A stretch of DNA of 64,000 nucleotides. It comes from a virus. Below, piece after piece: positions 47,284-52,029 of this stretch. The notes under the pieces are model-generated. The model did no database searches, was not told where the DNA came from, and saw only the letters and a list, made by a program, of their open reading frames with translations. Made by a program: the position numbers and the translations under genes. Numbering within the stretch: position 1 is the first letter of the stretch; every line of letters begins with the position of its first letter. Location: positions 59,363 to 123,362 of IMG/VR virus record IMGVR_UViG_3300037336_000053; one strand, written 5' to 3'.

Positions 47284-47357
47284 TGGCAGAGGGTACAAGA
47301 ATCGAACTTGTGACAACGGAATCAAAATCCGCGGTTATACCATTTAACTAACCCCCA
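47284..47357 (-). tRNA. tRNA-Gln(TTG)
   Basis: Loop TT-TTG-AT, U1, CCA. Confidence 0.92.
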
Positions 47358-47361
47358 ACAA

Positions 47362-47435
47362 ACCATATATAAACGTTTTCATTCTGGCCGTTCCAGGGCC
47401 TGCGTTATACGTCTTTGAAAACGTTTATATATGGT
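47362..47435 (-). repeat. 20-bp perfect inverted repeat including the tRNA-Lys ACCA end
   Basis: ACCATATATAAACGTTTTCA / TGAAAACGTTTATATATGGT, 34-nt loop. Confidence 0.9.
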
Positions 47436-47505
47436 AGGACTGCTCGGTAACGATCCGAGTTCTACTGGTTAAAAGCCAGTTGCTTCACCTTAAAGCTTCA
47501 ATCCC
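47432..47505 (-). tRNA. tRNA-Lys(TTT), atypical A8/A54
   Basis: Loop CT-TTT-AA; T-loop ATCGTTA; CCA. Confidence 0.88.
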
Positions 47506-47533
47506 CTATCTTGCCACTCTTGTCACTATTCAT
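47498..47533 (-). CDS. 11-aa micro-ORF MNSDKSGKIGD overlapping the tRNA-Lys 5' end
   Basis: Strong SD AAAGGAG 7 nt before ATG; stop TGA inside the tRNA. Confidence 0.45.
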   Translation of the reverse strand: MNSDKSGKIGD

Positions 47534-47555
47534 GACAGATCTCCTTTAATTAACA

Positions 47556-47632
47556 TGGTACCCGGTGCAAGATTTGAACTTGCGACCCCAACCTTATCAA
47601 GATTGTGCTACTACCAACTGAGCTAACCGGGT
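47556..47632 (-). tRNA. tRNA-Ile(GAT)
   Basis: Loop TT-GAT-AA, CCA. Confidence 0.93.
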
Positions 47633-47637
47633 AAAAT

Positions 47638-47711
47638 TGGCATAGGTGCAGGGATTTGAACCCCGATCGACGGTTTTGGAGACCGCTGTGTTGCCATTAC
47701 ACTACACCCAT
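47638..47711 (-). tRNA. tRNA-Trp(CCA)
   Basis: Loop CT-CCA-AA, G73, CCA. Confidence 0.93.
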
Positions 47712-47733
47712 ATAAAACTTTTCACTTATCCAT

Positions 47734-47770
47734 AAAAAAACCCCTGCTTGTATTTCTACTAAGCAGGGGT
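47734..47770 (-). terminator. Intrinsic terminator (attenuator A)
   Basis: ACCCCTGCTT-11 nt-AAGCAGGGGT followed by a U tract, about 22 nt before tRNA-Trp. Confidence 0.9.
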
Positions 47771-47796
47771 GTATTAATCTTTAACTGACTGTTATG

Positions 47797-47868
47797 TCAA
47801 GATACACTCCTGCCTTCGCTAAACCAGCGAATGCAATGTTGTTTAATCTGTTTCATCATTGTAGTCAT
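47797..47868 (-). CDS. Leader peptide A, MTTMMKQIKQHCIRWFSEGRSVS
   Basis: Manual translation; sits between a consensus promoter and the terminator; 3' codons form an antiterminator strand. Confidence 0.8.
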   Translation of the reverse strand: MTTMMKQIKQHCIRWFSEGRSVS

Positions 47869-47902
47869 TTTTAAATCTCTTTTAATTTCGTTGTATGTGT
47901 TT

Positions 47903-47931
47903 ATTATACACAGTTATTTATCATTTGTCAA
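47903..47931 (-). promoter_or_regulatory. sigma70 consensus promoter of leader A / tRNA block A
   Basis: TTGACA-N17-TATAAT; spacer contains a GATAAATA late-type motif. Confidence 0.88.
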
Positions 47932-47949
47932 CCACTATTAACAATTTAG

Positions 47950-48262
47950 ATAGACTTTTTTAAATAAAAACGGAAGCGAAAAAGCAAGTAATGAACTGTG
48001 CAAAGTGCAGTCGAGATAGCCGTTAGCGTTTCTCACAAGCAAAATACAAAAATCAATATGCACAAGACTCGTATATTTCCAGTTTCAAAGTGCAAACGTT
48101 CTATTAACACTGGAGCATACAAGTACAGACACGTTTCAGGTGTGAGCCAGATTAGTTTATCGTTTAAACTTCAGACGAAGTTGTCAGTAACGACACTGGG
48201 GTCCATCCTCTCTCAATTTCTCTTCCGGGCAGCTTACGCTTCCAACGCATAGCCGCCAAAAC
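47950..48262 (-). ncRNA. Candidate structured RNA / long 3' UTR
   Basis: No minus-strand ORF; several hairpins (GGCGGCT/AGCTGCC, TCCAGT/ACTGGA) and repeated TTGC/TGCAC motifs. Confidence 0.35.
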
Positions 48263-48265
48263 TTT

Positions 48266-48832
48266 TTAAAGGATGTCTGCTTGCGTTAGAAACGACGCAG
48301 TAGTTTCATCCAATTTGATTTCTGCTTTTACATTTAGCTCTAGCAGTGAATCCTGTAATTTTTGTTTCTTACGTTTTAGTCCTGCAACTTCACGTTTGAA
48401 TTCATTGATTTCAGCAGTATCAAAGATGCCGGTATCAATTGTATCGAGTCGACCGTATAGCCGACTCTCGTCTTTGCTGTTGCGAACTTTGTCCAGCTTG
48501 CCTTCAATAACTGCATCACTTACACGAGCTGTCTTGGTTGCCAAACTGTTGACATGTTGAATGTTTTTCTCTAACATTGCAACTTCTGCCAGCATGTCAT
48601 TGATGCCTTGCGCTGCATTTACACTTGCAACTGCTTTGCGGATTTCAAACAATGCTCCCACTAGTTTGGTACGAGTCGTGTTGTTAGAAACAAAACGAGC
48701 ATGAACAGCATTGATTTGATCTTTGCTGTCTTCGTATTCGTTCAACGAAACACTGGCTTGAAAATCAAGTCCTTTGATTGCTTCATTGATTGATAGCTGT
48801 ATAGCATTTGCCTTACGTAGTGTGATTTGCAT
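48266..48832 (-). CDS. Hypothetical coiled-coil protein
   Basis: 188-aa ORF with SD and its own promoter. Confidence 0.75.
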   Translation of the reverse strand: MQITLRKANAIQLSINEAIKGLDFQASVSLNEYEDSKDQINAVHARFVSNNTTRTKLVGALFEIRKAVASVNAAQGINDMLAEVAMLEKNIQHVNSLATKTARVSDAVIEGKLDKVRNSKDESRLYGRLDTIDTGIFDTAEINEFKREVAGLKRKKQKLQDSLLELNVKAEIKLDETTASFLTQADIL

Positions 48833-48858
48833 TTTGATTCCTTTTACCTTATGTATTA

Positions 48859-48887
48859 ATTATAATGTCTTTTCTTGATCTTGTCAA
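48859..48887 (-). promoter_or_regulatory. sigma70 consensus promoter
   Basis: TTGACA-N17-TATAAT. Confidence 0.85.
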
Positions 48888-48899
48888 GCACTTTTTAAT

Positions 48900-48986
48900 T
48901 GGTGGAAGATGATGGTAACGCTCCACGTGCCTTGACTTCACTACCTTTAGGAACGGTTTTACAGACCGCCGTAGTGGGTATCTTCC
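48900..48986 (-). tRNA. Atypical tRNA-Tyr(GTA)-like RNA lacking a D arm
   Basis: Perfect 7-bp acceptor, A73, CCA, loop CT-GTA-AA; only 10 nt between acceptor and anticodon stems. Confidence 0.6.
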
Positions 48987-49012
48987 TTATTTCTTATAAT
49001 CCTATATAAACT

Positions 49013-49086
49013 TGGTACATCGTGACAGGATCGAACTGCCGTCTCTGCCGTGTAAAAGCAGGGCCCTACCATTAGACGAACGATGC
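49013..49086 (-). tRNA. tRNA-Val(TAC)
   Basis: Loop TT-TAC-AC, CCA. Confidence 0.92.
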
Positions 49087-49094
49087 ATTAATTG

Positions 49095-49185
49095 TGGCGG
49101 AAGGCTAGAGAGTCGAACTCTAAAGGCGCTATTAACGCTCGACGCATTTCAAGTGCGGTCCCATCGCCAATTGGGTTGGCCTTCC
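49095..49185 (-). tRNA. tRNA-Ser(TGA)
   Basis: Loop CT-TGA-AA, long variable arm, G73, CCA. Confidence 0.9.
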
Positions 49186-49206
49186 TAAGACAAACAAGAT
49201 ACTCTG

Positions 49207-49282
49207 AAGCGGGGGATGGATTTGAACCAACGATCTCTAGCTTATGAGACTAGTGAGGACGACCAGACTCCTCTACCCCGCA
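49207..49282 (-). tRNA. tRNA-Met(CAT), initiator-like scaffold, CCA not encoded
   Basis: TGCGGGG/CCCCGCT with 1:72 mismatch, loop CT-CAT-AA. Confidence 0.8.
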
Positions 49283-49312
49283 TCAGAATACCCTACTCGC
49301 AATAACTTATAC

Positions 49313-49524
49313 TTACCATTAGTTGTATTGTCTTGTTATGGACAACAATCGCCCTGTTGTCGTTTGCTTTTAACTTGGTAACTAGTATAGAAGCATCGGC
49401 CGATGCCAACTCTACTTTTGTTACTTCAAACTGGATATTCGATGCCTGCAGGACAGAGCGAACATTGCCAGTGCATTAGGCTAGTGGACACAGCCTTTTT
49501 CCAAAACAATACAACTAATGGTAA
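49313..49524 (-). repeat. 19-bp inverted repeat enclosing 174 nt, including the tRNA-Glu 3' end
   Basis: TTACCATTAGTTGTATTGT (49313-49331) / ACAATACAACTAATGGTAA (49506-49524). Confidence 0.88.
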
Positions 49525-49593
49525 CGCTACGGGGAGTCGAACCCCGCTCTTCAGGATGAAAACCTGATGACCTAACCGATAGTCGATAGCGTC
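49519..49593 (-). tRNA. tRNA-Glu(TTC)
   Basis: Loop TT-TTC-AT, CCA. Confidence 0.9.
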
Positions 49594-49603
49594 ATATTAA
49601 AAC

Positions 49604-49678
49604 TGGTGGAGGTTAAGGGGATCGAACCCTTAACTCTGCCTTGCAAAGGCAGCGTGTTCCCATTAGCACTAAACCCCC
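49604..49678 (-). tRNA. tRNA-Ala(TGC)
   Basis: Loop TT-TGC-AA, G3:U70, CCA. Confidence 0.95.
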
Positions 49679-49683
49679 AATTT

Positions 49684-49757
49684 TGGTCTCCGATGCAAGA
49701 ATCGAACTTGCGCTCCTTGGTCCCAAACCAAGAGTGATACCATTTCACCAATCGGAG
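49684..49757 (-). tRNA. tRNA-Pro(TGG)
   Basis: Loop TT-TGG-GA, CCA. Confidence 0.92.
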
Positions 49758-49985
49758 TTATCTAATCTTTCGAATATACTCTAAGCCAATTTCACCGTTT
49801 TGGACTTCAAGTAATGCTGAAATAGGAGCATTAAATTGAGTACCATCATCTTTGTATCTATGTTGCCTTGCAAGCTCTCTTGCTCTTTGCGAAGCAATAA
49901 CTACCATAGTAAACCTATTTCCGATGTTGTCAACAATTTTCTCGTTGTCAAGAAGTCCTATTCGGCTATGTGTCTTGTCATTCAT
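49758..49985 (-). CDS. rpoZ: RNA polymerase omega subunit homolog
   Basis: NRFTMVVIASQRAREL...ALLEVQNGEI matches the RpoZ pattern. Confidence 0.8.
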   Translation of the reverse strand: MNDKTHSRIGLLDNEKIVDNIGNRFTMVVIASQRARELARQHRYKDDGTQFNAPISALLEVQNGEIGLEYIRKIR

Positions 49986-50010
49986 ATGTTCCTTTTGTTG
50001 TTAAAAATAT

Positions 50011-50084
50011 TGGTGCCCCTTGACAGAATCGAACTGCCGTAGCCTGATTACAAAACAGGTGTAATACCATTATACTAAAGGGGC
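50011..50084 (-). tRNA. tRNA-Thr(TGT)
   Basis: Loop TT-TGT-AA, CCA. Confidence 0.92.
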
Positions 50085-50357
50085 GTTAATCTACTTATCT
50101 TCGTCTACTAAGCCCGTTTCCGGATTTGAACGTTTTGTTTCATACTGCTGCATCATCAATTCTTGTAACTCAGCAACATCGACTTCAGGTAATCGAGACC
50201 TCGTTTGATGTAATATGTTTCAATATGCAAACTCATTGTAGGTTGGATTTTGCAACCAACATGCAAGCCGAATATTGGCTCTGTCTTGTCTGTTAGACCA
50301 CTACGAGTTTTTGAGGTAATTACTCCCCAATCTGATTCAAGGTAAATTACTCCTTGC

Positions 50358-50447
50358 TACCATATAGAAACATCCTAAGTTATCGACTGTTCTTGCGAAC
50401 TCCCTGTGAATAACAATTGGGGGAAATAAAGATGTTTCTATATGGTA
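50358..50447 (-). repeat. 17-bp inverted repeat including the tRNA-Glu 3' end
   Basis: TACCATATAGAAACATC / GATGTTTCTATATGGTA, 56-nt loop. Confidence 0.88.
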
Positions 50448-50518
50448 CTCGGTAGGGGATTTGAACCCCTGTAGCCACCGTGAAAGGGTGATGTCCTAGA
50501 CCACTAGACGAACCGAGT
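50443..50518 (-). tRNA. tRNA-Glu(TTC)
   Basis: Loop CT-TTC-AC, CCA. Confidence 0.93.
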
Positions 50519-50627
50519 ACAGTACAATATTAAAGAACATTTACAGAGTTACGATCAACTCTTTTTTAACCTATACGTTTATATACAACATATTTTTCAA
50601 ATAAAGTACACTACTTTTTAATAATGT

Positions 50628-50668
50628 TGGTGAGTAGTTACGGACTCGAACTCTCAATCTTTTCGGCA
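50628..50668 (-). pseudogene. tRNA 3'-half remnant
   Basis: T-arm-like GAGAGTTCGAGTCC plus ACCA, no 5' half; shares GACTCGAACTCTCA with the adjacent tRNA-Leu. Confidence 0.55.
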
Positions 50669-50669
50669 T

Positions 50670-50746
50670 TGGTGCCCTGGGAGAGACTCGAACTCTCAGC
50701 TTACGGCTTCTAAGACCGCTGTGTTTACCAATTTCACCACCGGGGC
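50670..50746 (-). tRNA. tRNA-Leu(TAG) with short variable loop
   Basis: Loop CT-TAG-AA, 5-nt variable loop, A73, CCA. Confidence 0.85.
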
Positions 50747-50837
50747 ATTTTACTCTACTGGCACACTCGTGCTCGTCAAATGTCCGGTGAGCTAACCGGT
50801 TCCTTTACTATGTAGAGTCTTTGAGTGTGCTTTTATA

Positions 50838-50911
50838 TGGTGCCCCGTGACAGAATCGAACTGCCGACCGCTGATTACAAAACAGCAGTTATACCATTTA
50901 ACTAACGGGGC
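50838..50911 (-). tRNA. tRNA-Thr(TGT)
   Basis: Loop TT-TGT-AA, CCA. Confidence 0.92.
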
Positions 50912-50953
50912 CATATTTTACTTATCATACAGACTGTGCTGTATACTTAAAAC

Positions 50954-51027
50954 TGGAGCGGGATAGGAGAATCGAACTCCTGACATTAGATTGGAAATCT
51001 AAGGTAATACCATTTTACGAATCCCGC
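50954..51027 (-). tRNA. tRNA-Gly(TCC)
   Basis: Loop TT-TCC-AA, U73, CCA. Confidence 0.93.
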
Positions 51028-51034
51028 ATAAACT

Positions 51035-51109
51035 TGGCGGTCTCAAGGGGTAACGATCCCCTTCTTCGACAGTGACAGTGTCGTGTGCGTCCATGAACAC
51101 TTTGAGACC
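51035..51109 (-). tRNA. tRNA-Asp(GTC), atypical A8/A54
   Basis: Loop CT-GTC-AC, G73, T-loop ATCGTTA, CCA. Confidence 0.9.
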
Positions 51110-51116
51110 TAATTAT

Positions 51117-51200
51117 TGGTGGAGCGTAATGGAATCGAACCATTCGTGGCTTTCGCCGGAGGATTTACAGTCCCCTGCCACACCTTGTAGCATACACTCC
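51117..51200 (-). tRNA. tRNA-Tyr(GTA)
   Basis: Loop CT-GTA-AA, long variable arm, CCA. Confidence 0.9.
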
Positions 51201-51210
51201 ATCAAATTCT

Positions 51211-51289
51211 TGGCTCCACATCTGGGTGACGATCCCAGCTAACCACGGATTAACAGTCCGGCCCATGCACCACGCTCGGGTTCTGTGGA
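51211..51289 (-). tRNA. tRNA-Asn(GTT), atypical A8/A54
   Basis: Loop CT-GTT-AA, G73, T-loop ATCGTCA, CCA. Confidence 0.88.
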
Positions 51290-51300
51290 ATAAACTTTGC

Positions 51301-51469
51301 TTACAAATACACACTCACAGGAATTGAACCTGCCCACTGAACTTTGAGCCCAGCTGTAATCCGCTACATCTGCCTGGCCTAAGCATTTGTGTGTATGTGT
51401 AAGCAGAGTTTAGTGGTGTATGTTGGTGCATACATCACTCTACTTACAGTGTTAGCCTTGCGACTAACA
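51301..51469 (-). ncRNA. Structured RNA with a tRNA-like T arm
   Basis: Outer stem 51301-14/51389-402, T arm GCAGG-TTCAATT-CCTGT, 10-bp stem 51399-408/51438-47, GCAA-tetraloop hairpin 51450-69. Confidence 0.5.
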
Positions 51470-51522
51470 TATTGTATCTAAATTGTTAAAGAACGTGCAA
51501 GCATTGCTGCTTACTAGTGTTT

Positions 51523-51551
51523 AGTATAACATGTTACGATGAACATGTCAA
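51523..51551 (-). promoter_or_regulatory. sigma70 promoter with palindromic spacer
   Basis: TTGACA-N17-TATACT. Confidence 0.8.
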
Positions 51552-51609
51552 CTGTTATTTTTAATCTTCTTAGCAACTCTAAACTACTGTTCTTTGTTGC
51601 TATGTATTG

Positions 51610-51638
51610 ATTATAACAAGTTACGATGAACTTGTCAA
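51610..51638 (-). promoter_or_regulatory. sigma70 promoter with palindromic spacer
   Basis: TTGACA-N17-TATAAT. Confidence 0.82.
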
Positions 51639-51716
51639 CTAATTTCCTAACTTTTTTGTTGTATTTTTACAACACTTTTTAACCTATTGCCTGCTGTATT
51701 GCTACAGTATGTCACT

Positions 51717-51745
51717 AGTATATGCGAACTTTCTCACTCTGTCAA
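51717..51745 (-). promoter_or_regulatory. sigma70 promoter
   Basis: TTGACA-N17-TATACT. Confidence 0.78.
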
Positions 51746-51759
51746 CTGTTTTTTTGCCT

Positions 51760-51807
51760 TTATTGAACGTTTGCATGTATCCACTTCCAGTATTCTTCTG
51801 CTGTCAT
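51760..51807 (-). CDS. 15-aa micropeptide MTAEEYWKWIHANVQ
   Basis: SD GGAGG right after terminator B; paralog at 5895-5942. Confidence 0.7.
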   Translation of the reverse strand: MTAEEYWKWIHANVQ

Positions 51808-51820
51808 AGTGTGCCTCCAT

Positions 51821-51853
51821 AAAAAAAGCCCCTAACATTTCTGCTAAGGGCTT
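51821..51853 (-). terminator. Intrinsic terminator (attenuator B)
   Basis: AAGCCCTTAGC-AGAAAT-GTTAGGGGCTT plus U tract. Confidence 0.88.
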
Positions 51854-51877
51854 GTAAAATTTAGTAGTACGTTCTAC

Positions 51878-51964
51878 TTAACTTTGCAAACCCCTGCAGG
51901 TATCCGCACCCGGATTACTTGATCCTAGTGTTGAATATTCTACTGTTGTTAGCGTTAGTTTCAT
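51878..51964 (-). CDS. Leader peptide B, MKLTLTTVEYSTLGSSNPGADTCRGLQS
   Basis: Manual translation; AAAGGA upstream; last codons form an antiterminator strand. Confidence 0.75.
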   Translation of the reverse strand: MKLTLTTVEYSTLGSSNPGADTCRGLQS

Positions 51965-52029
51965 TGAACTTACTTTTCCTTTGTTATGCATTTATTTATC
52001 ATCTTAACAAAATATACGCATATAAATGG

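Noticed and set aside
49095-49185. Long-arm tRNA with 'TGA' as a possible Sec or suppressor tRNA
   Set aside because: The anticodon is UGA, which reads UCA (Ser), not UCA; acceptor stem is a normal 7 bp.
49290-49370. Minus-strand frame reading ANDNRA..., resembling an alphaproteobacterial tmRNA tag
   Set aside because: No tRNA-like domain with G3:U70 and CCA nearby, no early stop, and the peptide does not end in AA. Treated as coincidence pending an ARAGORN/Rfam check.
50090-50215. Protein-like minus-strand frame (...DVAELQELMMQQYETKRS...)
   Set aside because: An in-frame stop precedes it and no convincing SD/start was found; possibly a gene remnant.
50628-50668. Possible additional full tRNA
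   Set aside because: Only a T-arm-like segment and ACCA remain, with no anticodon or D arm; kept as a remnant.
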